Made by a program: the position numbers and the translations under genes. A DNA stretch of 63,978 nucleotides, filler included, from Welwitschia mirabilis (taxonomy: Eukaryota), in NCBI GenBank assembly GCA_051453625.1. It is 9 parts of one record of this genome, joined end to end, with 100 filler letters (N's around TTAATTAATTAA, not from the genome) between each part and the next. Parts side by side here need not be neighbours in the genome. Positions count along the whole stretch, not along the records: positions 24,550 to 27,579 come from JBOZIK010000001.1; positions 27,680 to 33,243 come from JBOZIK010000001.1; positions 33,344 to 54,686 come from JBOZIK010000001.1; 6 more parts are not named here. One strand, given 5' to 3'. This document shows positions 25,502-38,991 of the stretch, in pieces; position 1 is the stretch's first letter; every line of letters starts with the position of its first letter. Under the pieces are notes generated by a model. It saw only the letters and a program-made list of their open reading frames with translations. It was not told the origin of the DNA and made no database searches.

Positions 25502-27579
25502 ATGAATTTTCTTTTATGGAATTGTAGGGGATTAGGATCCTCTTACAAGAAAAAGACCCTAAGAAATCTTATCAGTTAGTTTAATNNNNNNNNNNNNNNN
25601 NNNNNNNNNNNNNNNNNNNNNNNNNNNNNNNNNNNNNNNNNNNNNNNNNNNNNNNNNNNNNNNNNNNNNNNNNNNNNNNNNNNNNNNNNNNNNNNNNNNN
25701 NNNNNNNNNNNNNNNNNNNNNNNNNNNNNNNNNNNNNNNNNNNNNNNNNNNNNNNNNNNNNNNNNNNNNNNNNNNNNNNNNNNNNNNNNNNNNNNNNNNN
25801 NNNNNNNNNNNNNNNNNNNNNNNNNNNNNNNNNNNNNNNNNNNNNNNNNNNNNNNNNNNNNNNNNNNNNNNNNNNNNNNNNNNNNNNNNNNNNNNNNNNN
25901 NNNNNNNNNNNNNNNNNNNNNNNNNNNNNNNNNNNNNNNNNNNNNNNNNNNNNNNNNNNNNNNNNNNNNNNNNNNNNNNNNNNNNNNNNNNNNNNNNNNN
26001 NNNNNNNNNNNNNNNNNNNNNNNNNNNNNNNNNNNNNNNNNNNNNNNNNNNNNNNNNNNNNNNNNNNNNNNNNNNNNNNNNNNNNNNNNNNNNNNNNNNN
26101 NNNNNNNNNNNNNNNNNNNNNNNNNNNNNNNNNNNNNNNNNNNNNNNNNNNNNNNNNNNNNNNNNNNNNNNNNNNNNNNNNNNNNNNNNNNNNNNNNNNN
26201 NNNNNNNNNNNNNNNNNNNNNNNNNNNNNNNNNNNNNNNNNNNNNNNNNNNNNNNNNNNNNNNNNNNNNNNNNNNNNNNNNNNNNNNNNNNNNNNNNNNN
26301 NNNNNNNNATAGCAAGAACCACATCACAATTTTCCTTAAGGAAGAAGGTTTGACTATAGCAAACATCTATAGTTCTCAAAATAATCAAGATAAAGCTTAT
26401 ATCTTAGAGGAATTATAGTGGACAGTGATAGATAAATCTAAATGGCTCATTGTGGGGGATTTCAATTAATTTCTACACCACTCGAAAAAATCAGGGAGTG
26501 ACAACTGGAATTTCAGAGGAGCTTCAATCCTTAAAGATTTGTTACACGGAATACTCTTACAGATGTTCATATTGCTAGATGTAAGTACATATGGTCTAAT
26601 AGAAGGACAGGCAACAGTCTAATCATGTCCAGGATCGATAGAATTCTTGCTAGCAAGGATTTAGCTAAGCTCCCAATTAAAGCCTATGGGCTGAACAGGA
26701 TAGCTTCAAACCACTATCCTATCAGACTTAGAGTGCGGGTAATTTCGCCCCAAAAAACCTCATTTCCCATGGAATGGTATTGGATTAACCGGATAAAAAC
26801 TAGAACATTGATGGAAAAAATATGGGCCTAGTATAATGAGACACAACCCATAACTTTTCTTTACAGGGGCCTCAATACCTTAAAATCCGACATAAAGGAT
26901 TGGAGAAGGAAAGATAAAGAGAGGCTTGAGTTAAAAGCTAAACTTGAGGAAGAAATCCAAAGAATTCAGACCAAGCAAAAGGAGGGAGAAGACTAAGATA
27001 GCCTCTGCAAAGGGAATATCAACGCCTATTGGAACTCCAAGAAATAAATACTGATAAGGAAAATTATTGGAAAGAATGCTCAAGGATTAAATGGCTTAAA
27101 GAGGGGATAAGCATTCTAGGTTTTTCTTCTAGCAAGTCAATCAACACAGATCAGACAATAGAATCAGAAGGCTTACCATTACAGGCCGAATAACAGAAAA
27201 TGAATAGGACATTGCCAAGGAAATGTAGGCCTATCTTAAGATAATTTGGGAATGGAACAATATTACCCTCACCCTTATTCCAAAGAATAAGAAAATTTCT
27301 AATGAGGACAACTTCCTACTTATTCAACCCTCAAGTAGAGATGAATTCTTGGCTATTGTGAGGTCTATGAAGAATAATAGAGCTCTTGGTCCTTTGGGTA
27401 ACTAATTAAACTTTTCAAATCTCACCTTTCCATATTGGGGGACAATCTTCAGAATGTTATGCAGTTCACAACAAGTGTATTCTTAGGGAAATGAATAGAA
27501 CTAGGGTGATCCTTATTCCTAAAAAGAGGGACGCTAACAAACTTGAGGACTTCAAACCTTTAGGTGTCCATAATGTTCT
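25502..27579 (+). pseudogene. L1 LINE ORF2 (endonuclease and start of RT), cut off by the spacer
   Basis: MNFLLWNCRGLG; WLIVGDF; YIWSNRR..SRIDRIL; SNHYPI (SDH motif); YWKECSRIKWLKEG; ILIPKK..EDFKPL. Confidence 0.9.
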
Positions 27580-27679
27580 NNNNNNNNNNNNNNNNNNNNN
27601 NNNNNNNNNNNNNNNNNNNNNNNTTAATTAATTAANNNNNNNNNNNNNNNNNNNNNNNNNNNNNNNNNNNNNNNNNNNN

Positions 27680-27940
27680 CCACTTCACTACTTGTCATTG
27701 ACTCTACCCACGGTTCCTCATGAAGTTGCTAAGAACAACAATAGTATATGTTGTGCTTAGTTGTATGAAAATAAAAGCATTCATTAGATATCATCTAACA
27801 ATCTCCCCACTACAAAAACACAAGCACCTTTCATATACCTCAAATCCACTTCACTACTTGTCAATGACTCTACACATGGTTCCTCATGCAGTCGCTAACA
27901 AAAACAATAGTCTATAGTGTGCTTGTTTGTGTGAAAATAA
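27680..27940. repeat. 166-bp tandem repeat containing a copia-type PPT/LTR junction on the minus strand
   Basis: CCACTTCACTACTTGTCA..GAAAATAA at 27680 and 27846; between them TCTAACAATCTCCCCACT = AGTGGGGAGAT|TGTTAGA (-). Confidence 0.75.
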
Positions 27941-28696
27941 NNNNNNNNNNNNNNNNNNNNNNNNNNNNNNNNNNNNNNNNNNNNNNNNNNNNNNNNNNNN
28001 NNNNNNNNNNNNNNNNNNNNNNNNNNNNNNNNNNNNNNNNNNNNNNNNNNNNNNNNNNNNNNNNNNNNNNNNNNNNNNNNNNNNNNNNNNNNNNNNNNNN
28101 NNNNNNNNNNNNNNNNNNNNNNNNNNNNNNNNNNNNNNNNNNNNNNNNNNNNNNNNNNNNNNNNNNNNNNNNNNNNNNNNNNNNNNNNNNNNNNNNNNNN
28201 NNNNNNNNNNNNNNNNNNNNNNNNNNNNNNNNNNNNNNNNNNNNNNNNNNNNNNNNNNNNNNNNNNNNNNNNNNNNNNNNNNNNNNNNNNNNNNNNNNNN
28301 NNNNNNNNNNNNNNNNNNNNNNNNNNNNNNNNNNNNNNNNNNNNNNNNNNNNNNNNNNNNNNNNNNNNNNNNNNNNNNNNNNNNNNNNNNNNNNNNNNNN
28401 NNNNNNNNNNNNNNNNNNNNNNNNNNNNNNNNNNNNNNNNNNNNNNNNNNNNNNNNNNNNNNNNNNNNNNNNNNNNNNNNNNNNNNNNNNNNNNNNNNNN
28501 NNNNNNNNNNNNNNNNNNNNNNNNNNNNNNNNNNNNNNNNNNNNNNNNNNNNNNNNNNNNNNNNNNNNNNNNNNNNNNNNNNNNNNNNNNNNNNNNNNNN
28601 NNNNNNNNNNNNNNNNNNNNNNNNNNNNNNNNNNNNNNNNNNNNNNNNNNNNNNNNNNNNNNNNNNNNNNNNNNNNNNNNNNNNNNNNNNNNNNNN

Positions 28697-31600
28697 CTCA
28701 TTTCCAACAATCAACATGTTATCAAAATACAGCAATAATAAACATATTTACATAATATCACTAGAAGAATACAAACAATCCTCAAAATCACTCCTTCTTG
28801 TATGACAACTCACACATATAAAGTTGTCAAACTTCCTCTAACACTTTCTAGAGATCTATTTCAAGCCACAACAAACAAATAAAGTTGTGGCTGGCTTATG
28901 TATCATTCAAGTTGATGCATGTAGATTTTCACGTCCAAATCAACATGGTGGAACATCCTTATGATGTGCAATTATTCCAATTCTAATTCCAAACCAGCAC
29001 CAAGAGATTAAACCAACCTGATGGAATACTTGGTCTTTAAGTATAGCATTTTACCATCAATCTATCTTTCTACCTGTTCTTTCCATTTTTGTCTGTCTTA
29101 ACTGTAAAGATCTTCTTGCTATGAACCATTTTACACCCTTTTGAAAGTTCCATAAGTTTCAGAGTTTTGCTTTACTGCAGGAAACTGTATTCCTCTCCCA
29201 CAGCTTTTGCTTTTGCACATGGAAGCCTTCTTTCACTGTTTTAGTTTCTCCACTATCCATGTACAATACATAACAAAAGAGCATGAGAATACCTATCATG
29301 TTGATGTGTCACCTTTGCAGAGCATCCTACCCAATGAGATGCAGGATCAATGAGTTATTCCTACTCCTCAAGAATTTCACCAATAACTTCAAAAGAGCTT
29401 TCTTCAACTTCATCATTTTAACTTTCTACCATAGGGTTTTGAACAGCTATATGTTCTTCTTCATCTTCTCGGTCCTGACTAATTTCAAAATTGATTTGTA
29501 AGACTGACGTGGGAGGCCAAAATCAAGTTAACCTAAGTCTATATCCTCAGATCCACAGTACAAAACATTCCCTCTAGATCCAGCATCATGAGAACTGACA
29601 AATTGTTTGGTTTTAGGATACCATAATCCATAATCAACATTATTTTCCTCATAATCTCGAACTATGTACTGCTTAGCTCTATCCAGAAGCTTTATTCTGT
29701 TCTCTTTTTGCACATGCATATAAGCCTTAAAACCAAAAAATTCCAGGTGCTTATAAGATACCTCTGTTCCACTCCATGAGATTCATGGCACTTGATTGTT
29801 TAATGTGGAATGAGGAGGGATGTCTATCAAATATGCAACTATAAGGGGCCATTCAACACAAAACGTTTTGGATAAACATGTGTTATTTTATTTCCTTGTT
29901 TGTTATATTCCTATGTTGGCCCCAGTTGCTTGTACAAAGTGTATTTGATTATAAAATTGCCTTGGGGTGGTTATTAAAATCATTTAATCATCAAAGGAAT
30001 ATGAAGTTAATAGTAGTTAGGGTACGCGTGCATCTTTAACCTAACTCCTCTCATATATATACACCTCAAGCCATTGAGGGAATGGGTGTATAGTATGCTT
30101 CAGGGTTATTTGTATTTTCTGAAGCTCTTGTCTGCCAATAAGAGATCTTCACTGCTCTCTTGAGTTTGTGGGCTAGCAAGAGGCCAGGCTCATTAAACAT
30201 TTTNNNNNNNNNNNNNNNNNNNNNNNNNNNNNNNNNNNNNNNNNNNNNNNNNNNNNNNNNNNNNNNNNNNNNNNNNNNNNNNNNNNNNNNNNNNNNNNNN
30301 NNNNNNNNNNNNNNNNNNNNNNNNNNNNNNNNNNNNNNNNNNNNNNNNNNNNNNNNNNNNNNNNNNNNNNNNNNNNNNNNNNNNNNNNNNNNNNNNNNNN
30401 NNNNNNNNNNNNNNNNNNNNNNNNNNNNNNNNNNNNNNNNNNNNNNNNNNACAAAGACTTTAAACGCTGCAAAAACTCCATCCTTACATTTCAAAATATC
30501 AATCCAAACTTTACATGTGCAGTCATCATGAAAGTAATAAAGCATGAAGAACCATCTAGTGAAGAAGGATTCAAGGGTTACAAATATCAGAATAAAGAAG
30601 TTCCACTTTACTCCTCTTTTTTGACTCCATGTCTCTATAAAAGTTGACTCTATAAATCTTACCAATTACACAATTCTTATAAGAATCATAGTTATAAGAG
30701 CATGCAGGTATTAAAAATGAGACTTAGGTACCATTCTTGAGTGCTTGATGTGTCACATCCTTGCCACAGATCTGCATCTCCCTCACTTTTAGCAACAACA
30801 GGAACTTTCTTTGTATACTTCTAGATCAAGGATGTAAATGTTGCCAATCTTCTTACCAGGTAGTATGGTAAGGAAACACATAATGATATTCCACTTTCCA
30901 CTACTACTAAAGAAGTGCAGTTCCAAACCTTCAAACCGCACATTTGAAATCGACCTCTGTTCAAGAGAAAACACTGTTTGATGTTGTGCACTATGATCTC
31001 GAGCATTCAAAGCTACAACAACACAATTTTCTCAACTCCACCAACCTTTAAAGGTTTACAATCCTTTGAATACACAATGCTAGATGATATTAGCTACTAG
31101 GAAGAGAAATCTACTCTATTGGAGTAAAATCTCGAAGGATGCAAAAGTATCAATTAGTCACACATTATCTCGTTGTTCCTATAACAATAGCATGCATGGT
31201 TCAAAAACCAATAGCAAGCATGATTCAAAAACGATAAATTTCAATCCTCCTTCCCCTTTTGCTTGATTCATCTAGGAAGAGGAAGCCTCTGATCTTCCTT
31301 TCTCTCCATCCTTCTCTTTTTGTTTGGCCTCCAAAGCATAACAATTCTACTNNNNNNNNNNNNNNNNNNNNNNNNNNNNNNNNNNNNNNNNNNNNNNNNN
31401 NNNNNNNNNNNNNNNNNNNNNNNNNNNNNNNNNNNNNNNNNNNNNNNNNNNNNNNNNNNNNNNNNNNNNNNNNNNNNNNNNNNNNNNNNNNNNNNNNNNN
31501 NNNNNNNNNNNNNNNNNNNNNNNNNNNNNNNNNNNNNNNNNNNNNNNNNNNNNNNNNNNNNNNNNNNNNNNNNNNNNNNNNNNNNNNNNNNNNNNNNNNN

Positions 31601-32150
31601 NNNNNNNNNNNNNNNNNNNNNNNNNNNNNNNNNNNNNNNNNNNNNNNNNNNNNNNNNNNNNNNNNNNNNNNNNNNNNNNNNNNNNNNNNNNNNNNNNNNN
31701 NNNNNNNNNNNNNNNNNNNNNNNNNNNNNNNNNNNNNNNNNNNNNNNNNNNNNNNNNNNNNNNNNNNNNNNNNNNNNNNNNNNNNNNNNNNNNNNNNNNN
31801 NNNNNNNNNNNNNNNNNNNNNNNNNNNNNNNAGACAAAGTTTTTGCTTTCATCTTTCTCTGGTCAGCATTATCAATTCCAAAGGGTCTGGTAGTTGATAG
31901 AGCTTCAACGCAATCTTTCCTGTTTCAAAATATCTTTCACCATGATTCTCCAGATATTCTAATTTTGTCTAACAGGTCTGTCCAGCACTTGCAGTCCTTC
32001 CATTCTCATGGATTTGAAGAACTCCCCACAATTGTATAAATACACTGCATGAAGGTTGGATGGACATCTTTTCTCCAACCTCCCTCTTCTCTACTCTGCT
32101 TGGACATGATGTGATGTTCTGCTTCCTAGAACACTTATAACACAAAAAGC
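28697..32150 (-). mobile_element. Ty1/copia retrotransposon (Tork/Tnt1-like) gag-PR-INT-RT, decayed and gapped
   Basis: LYFDNMLIVG (YVDD); FGFKAYMHVQKENRIKL..YGLW; DDCTCKVWIDILKCKDGVFAAFK (INT); INT precedes RT. Putative 5' LTR end near 32192. Confidence 0.85.
29881..30199 (+). mobile_element. Short (~319 bp) LTR inserted in the copia integrase
   Basis: Integrase coding stops at 29880; insert begins TGTT and ends AACA, has a TATATATA box at ~30054 and is followed by TTTT then a gap. Confidence 0.6.
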
Positions 32151-33343
32151 TATAACACAAAAATCCCTACAAACACCCCATTACTAATTCTTGTGAAACG
32201 CAAAGTAAATTCAATAAAACATCAAAGCTAAAAGGCAAACAACAAATGAAAACACACAAGCTTGATGAGGCTTAGGCCCTTTAGACTCTGCATCTTCCAA
32301 TCAATGCAGAGCTCTTGTTAATATCTACAAAGTCAAGGACAGAAGCTATCCTCCATAGCTTACAGCAGGGTGCACAATCAATTTCACACAAGCTTGCTTT
32401 GTTCATTTTTCTTGACCTTTAATTTGCATAAGATGAATGTACTCTTCCATTTTGTTTTCCGACTCTGCCCAAGTGATTATGGTAACCTTCATTTCACTCA
32501 TACTAGTATTTTCATATGATTTAGACCCTTTCATTTGAATTGCTTTACGCTTCTGATCAAGCATTCTATTTTTATAGTCTTAGATCAATCAACTGTGTAT
32601 TTTTATAGTCTTAGATCAATCAACTGTGGAAAAATTTATATGTAACGTCAAATGTATTTATGTCGTTGTTTGCCAAAATAGAAACATGCATTTGCAAACA
32701 GCATGTTAGCATGTTAGCATGTTAGCAAAAGCATAGCCAGTACAACCTCATCAAAGTATACCATAGAGATTGTGATGTCATGAATTTTCTACTGTCACAC
32801 ACTGGCAACATTGTATGAAGAGGCATTGATGATTGCAGAAGCTTCGTGTGTCATAATTATGTGTTCCCCCCTCAGTGTGGGGTATGCTTTTTATACAGTT
32901 ACATGTCATGCAATTCACATCGCTAATTGGTTACATATGTATAACTAATTCTAAAAGATAACCATTTGTCTCAGGACAGCTAGTGCTTGCTGTTTGAGAT
33001 GAGTCTTTGGAACATTGAAAAATAAAAGGAAAAGGAATAATTGAGATGAGTCGTTGGAACATTGAAAGATAAAGGAATAAGGCCCGAAATTTCAAAGAAT
33101 CAGCCTTACGAAATAAAAGCAGGTATACATCAGTACGTCCACAAAACATGAATGCTACTGTAAGTGAAAAGGCGTACTTTGAGAACATCCATGAGCTGCT
33201 TCCTTCGTTCAATGCATTGAGGTAATAAATTATCCTCTGGAAANNNNNNNNNNNNNNNNNNNNNNNNNNNNNNNNNNNNNNNNNNNNTTAATTAATTAAN
33301 NNNNNNNNNNNNNNNNNNNNNNNNNNNNNNNNNNNNNNNNNNN

Positions 33344-33584
33344 AAAGATGAAACAATTAAGGTATCATTGAGGAGAGGACCACATTAGAGAGAGTTATTA
33401 TTAAAGGAATTTATAATTACTTGATATGGATGTTAAAGAGTTAAATTTTCTATTAAAAACATGGTTAATTTACAATTAATGCATATGATAGAGGGGAAGG
33501 ATGGGGAATTAAGCCTTTGGCAAATAAGTAACATTTGTATTATTTAAAGTTAAAAATATGAGCGTTACAATTTGGTATTAGAGC
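33344..33584 (+). mobile_element. 3' end of an LTR (to 33569) plus PBS for tRNA-iMet (33573-33584)
   Basis: Colinear with 41507-41732; ends GAGCGTTACA; followed by TGGTATTAGAGC (one change from TGGTATCAGAGC). Confidence 0.85.
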
Positions 33585-35376
33585 CCATGTTGCAATTCAC
33601 TGGGAATAATTATTGTGAAGCCATTATATGTATCAACATTAGAGCCTAGGTTGTGATTTCACTAAGCATAATTACTTATAGGACATATGTTATGAAGAAA
33701 TAAGATTAACTATAGTAAACCTAGGAATATATTAAATACAATTGGAGATTATTTAATGATGCTTTTAAGGATGTGAAACAAGAAAAGAGATAAAGAAGAG
33801 AAAACATAAATATATATATTAAAAGTATAACATGTAGTTACCAATTTGTGGATTAGGTGTATATGCTCAACTAAGTTACTATCAGAACAAATAAAGAAAG
33901 AATAAAAATGATAATACAATGAATTAACATGAATATAAAATAATCCAACAAGAAATCCATAGAGCATGGAGATTTTTGAAATGTTGTATTCAAATTATTT
34001 TAAGGCTATAGTCCATACACTCAGCAAAGTAGAAAAAAATACAACATCAAAATGTGCAAGTATATTTGATTGGTTGTATCAATAAAATATACTACGTGTT
34101 CTTTTTACATGCAAGTCTCCTTGAAAGCTTTGAGTGTTTGCCAATAGGAAGTGCCGTTGTATAATAAACTGGTTAAAAAAAAATGGGCATCAGTTATGTA
34201 AGAAAGTGGGTTCTATGTGGTATGGCATTGATGAAAAAAATTACATTTTGAATGCATAAAAATTTGATAAACATTTCATTGATTTTCTGATCTCTGTAGT
34301 TTGACCTTTTCCTTTGAGAGAGTAATCATTTGTTACTTCTTCGATTACTAATTCTTGCCATTTAAAGTTAGCATGTTTGTGATCAAAATCTGATGTAGAT
34401 AAGCGGAGATGCAGAAGTTAAGTTAGCTTATGCTTGGGAGTGCTAGGAAGTTATCTTTAGGATATTCTTTAGAACTTAGTANNNNNNNNNNNNNNNNNNN
34501 NNNNNNNNNNNNNNNNNNNNNNNNNNNNNNNNNNNNNNNNNNNNNNNNNNNNNNNNNNNNNNNNNNNNNNNNNNNNNNNNNNNNNNNNNNNNNNNNNNAA
34601 GATCCACTGCAGTAGCAATTAGTGTGCTGCTACGAGTTTCATTAGACTTACACCGATCATAATTATGGTTGCAGTTTGGGATTCTGTTGGGAATGCAAAA
34701 TTCATGTCTGTTGATTCCATAGGAAAAACAAAATTGATGTATCTATGATACAAAAGATATGATTATGTAAAACAGATGAGATGATAATGTTGTAAGAGAA
34801 TCAAAGGTGAGTTATATCTAGATGTTTCATGCCACAGGGCAAGTATGTGGTTCCACAGAGCAATGTAGTTTAATAGTTTGTCCTCTCTGATACTNNNNNN
34901 NNNNNNNNNNNNNNNNNNNNNNNNNNNNNNNNNNNNNNNNNNNNNNNNNNNNNNNNNNNNNNNNNNNNNNNNNNNNNNNNNNNNNNNNNNNNNNNNNNNN
35001 NNNNNNNNNNNNNNNNNNNNNNNNNNNNNNNNNNNNNNNNNNNNNNNNNNNNNNNNNNNNNNNNNNNNNNNNNNNNNNNNNNNNNNNNNNNNNNNNNNNN
35101 NNNNNNNNNNNNNNNNNNNNNNNNNNNNNNNNNNNNNNNNNNNNNNNNNNNNNNNNNNNNNNNNNNNNNNNNNNNNNNNNNNNNNNNNNNNNNNNNNNNN
35201 NNNNNNNNNNNNNNNNNNNNNNNNNNNNNNNNNNNNNNNNNNNNNNNNNNNNNNNNNNNNNNNNNNNNNNNNNNNNNNNNNNNNNNNNNNNNNNNNNNNN
35301 NNNNNNNNNNNNNNNNNNNNNNNNNNNNNNNNNNNNNNNNNNNNNNNNNNNNNNNNNNNNNNNNNNNNNNNNNNNN

Positions 35377-35415
<39 letters not shown>
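35377..35415. repeat. (AT)n(AG)n compound microsatellite at a gap edge
   Basis: Directly visible. Confidence 0.95.
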
Positions 35416-35418
<3 letters not shown>

Positions 35419-36149
35419 CCAAAGTAGAGTGTGAGGATTATTCATCGCTTGATTGGAAACATCCAAGAAAAACCATTTGAGGAATTGAATTTGTTTCCTT
35501 TCATAAGAAAACAAATTGATCCTAAGGTGAGATTAAGACTTCCGATTAGGAATTTTTATTGATAATATAGTGTCTGAAATGAATTTAGAGCCTCTTCCAA
35601 AGATTGTCTGAGTCAACTAATATGAGATCCAAGGGAAGAATTTGTAGAGAATTTAAGTCCTTCAACATGCAAGTAGAGGTGATAAAGAGTAGATCTAGAG
35701 GTATTGCATTGTATGAAAGCTAAAAATTGAGTTATGTGATATGTTTTTCTTGTAAATTTTTTCTAGTATCTAAAACACTTAAAGGTAGTGGGAAAAATAT
35801 GTGAATTCATTTATAAATATATGCTTAACAATCTTAATGTAACACCTTAATCAGTGTTGTTTAAAATGCTCAACAATCATCCCTTAGAATAATGTTAAAA
35901 ACATTTTAATAAAACATGTTTCTTTTCTTTCTTATTTTCGATTCCCTATCTCGTTTCTCTGTGTAACTGCCATTTACACCATTTCAATTTGTACTAAAGG
36001 CTTTCTTTTACCTATTAGTTTCTCCTCATAATGCTAGTTAAACCACCTCTCATTGTAGGTAAGATACCCTCCATTTGATCGACTTTTCTCTTTTAGGTGT
36101 AGCTCCTCGCTTAATGCTTTTTTAGAATTGCCTGTTCTACTCATAATGA

Positions 36150-37520
36150 TTTTTTCCTTTACATCATCCTTGGCCAAATACCACTCTCAACCTTCCTCCC
36201 TCAAATGCTAACTCTTGGCTCTTGAAAGTTATCCCTCTCCACTGGATAGAACACATAATAACTGCATTATCTTTTTTCTATCATTTTTCTCATGTGCTAT
36301 AGTTCTAATAACTAACCAAACCATGTAGAAGGATTGCAACCTCTTCCTTTGTCCAGGTATCAGTGCTCTTTTCTTTACCTCAGAACTTATATCCCTTTCC
36401 ATGAGTGTTTTAGTTGAATTGATATTCTCCCTGCTCTTTAACATATGGTATCGGTGGAATTACCAAGCACGATGATACCTTCTGCCTCCTTTCACAACTT
36501 TCTCTTGGCATACTTGTTGTCACCATTAATTTTTAACATTATTTACAAATCGTTGAGTCTCTCTCTTCTTTATTATTCTTGAAATATATGCTTCCCTTCC
36601 TGTTTGAGCACTTGTTCTTTTTCCGAATCAGTGCAATAAGGGTCAGAACTCCCATCACCTCTAGAGAAGCCTAATTTAGAACAATTACTAATATACGAAT
36701 TTGATGAAATGAAACATATTGAATGTGTTGCTCTCATCTTATCAACATTTAGAGATCATTTGCATAGCTGTAGAGAAAAGCAAGGAGAATCCACATATCA
36801 AAATGCACTACATGAGCTTCGAGAAGAAGACATTGATAGTATTACAGAGGAGAATATAAGCAAGCCTTTGATGTTCATCTTAATGATCTCAGAGATCTAG
36901 GGTAGAAAGAAGCCTTCTAAAATGTTTGTGCTTATTTTCACGATTGGGACTAGTTCAATGTTGGAATAATCCTAAAGGAAAACGCGTTCTCATATCTTAC
37001 AAAAGAATCCATTATTGAATAAAGGCTAGTAGGGTATAGTATTGGTTTATGACATCTTAAGGCTAATGGCCAATAAGAAATCTGCAAAAATCAAAGTAAG
37101 AAACACTTAAAAATTCCTAAATTTTAAGGTAATAAATCCACTTTGGAGGGACTAAGAGGCCTACAACTAATTGACTGATGCTTCTTCATTAATCGAGAAC
37201 AACAAAGATACTTGCTACACATCATGCAGTTAGATTAGATTTAGTCATTCTCAAGCCTCTAAATGACAAAGAAAAACCAGGGTAGTAAAGAGTATAAAAT
37301 TGGGAGATGGGAATTTTATGAGGAACACATTAAAATTAGGTTTCTTGGTTCAGTTATGAGAACCACTATGAATTTTGAACTTGTTGGAGCATCCATGATA
37401 GCTTTCATTCAAGCTAAAAGAATAGTTGATCCTTCTAAACCAAAAATTTCCTCTTGTTTTTAAAAGCACATAGGCTAAGATTCTTTTTGGCTAAGACAAA
37501 CCATCAACTTCTTGCAATTT
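36150..37520 (-). mobile_element. Very decayed LINE ORF2 remnant
   Basis: Minus-strand fragments in the expected order: KQEEIF/WFRR, YWPLALRC (RPISL-like), IKMNIKG (KIDIxKA-like), SRENINSTKT (SGQxINxxKS-like). Confidence 0.45.
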
Positions 37521-38991
37521 ACTGTTCCTCTCTAATTGATTGTCTAGTTATAGATTTCTTAGAATTTCATATTGCCAAGTATTAGACTCTTAGATTTCTG
37601 CAACTGCAACTACCTGTTTGGCTATAAACTTAGCCTTAGAATTATTATTCTAGAAAGATACATTAGAGATAATAAGTTGAAAATCTTCTTCATTTTCATC
37701 TTTGCCAATATGATACTGATGTATCAACCATTTAGTCTTAAGTATTTTTCTATTTTTACCAAAATAAGAGTAAACAACCAAAATCTTCTTAGTTTTTGTT
37801 ATCTACAAAAATTCATCTAATTTTGCTAGTTTTTTTCCAATTATAATCATTATCTATTCTTCTATGCCTTCTATTATTGTTTTTATATGCCTTTTCATAC
37901 CTATGAGAATCTTGACAAAAGATATTTTAGCATGTTTATTATATAAAAACATAGAGTATTCCCCCAAATTGTACCTTCTTATTCTTTGATTTCCCTCTTG
38001 CATTCTTTTTAGAGAATTATGTAATTATTCTATGCATGTGGGTATTTAAATGGGATAAGAAAGGCTAAACATAAATCAAATATCTAATTAAATGACTAGG
38101 ATTATGACATGTCTTGAACACTAGAAGAGATTTATAGCCAAGATAAAAGAAGCACAGTAATGCAAGATGACTTTTTCCATGTTAATGAAGGCTCCCAATT
38201 AGTATGCCTTAGATGAGCATGTAATGTTAATGTGTTTTTTCATGATTACTTTTCACCTTATCTTGCCTTCAATTTCAAGATAGATTTATGCACCAAGTAT
38301 CTGTTTGAAAATTCTATGTTAAGACTGACTTGTCACTAATTAAAACATCATTGATCTATTCAAGAGAGAAATGTTAATGATTACTATGGAAATGTGGGAT
38401 GCTCAAATTCCATGTTATCTTTAGATGCCAGAGTCATTTGAATAATACTTTAAACATTAACTTTTTAGAACCTTAACTAAAAGCTTACTATTCATCTTCA
38501 TTTAAAGTTTTAGATGAATTTAAGTTTATATTTATCTAGGAATCACTAGCTCATATAGGTAGCCTATTAAGCTTGACATATTTCATCTATATAAGCATGG
38601 ATAACTATTTTTAACACTTTAGCTTTCAAAAATTATCCTTTTAGTTTTTAGGAATTTTTGTAGGACATATTAGTTTTGGAAACCTAGATTTTAATGGTTA
38701 TTATTTACTTAATTTTATGAACAATTTAAAGATCCAATCATTTCAAGTTACTTAGTACATGTCTTATTGATTTTTCTTTATCAAAAAAAGATAGATATGT
38801 CATAAGCTTCCTTTATCCTTGACTTGCTAAGTACATATTAACCTTTGAGGTGGAAATTCAACTAAGATTACAAACAGAAGTGGTGTAGAGGTATTGAAAG
38901 AAGCACTCAATAAGAAGTATAGAGTGCAAGAGACTTACTGAAGCTTTAGGGATTTCTACATAAACATCCTTAGAAATGAGTATTACAATTT

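Noticed and set aside
32568..32727. Short local duplications (29-bp pair; GCATGTTA x3)
   Set aside because: Ordinary slippage repeats with no further structure.
6048..35514. Long ORFs in the track (e.g. 6048-6762, 25576-26388, 27884-28805, 31259-32039, 34763-35514)
   Set aside because: They are runs of N translated as X.
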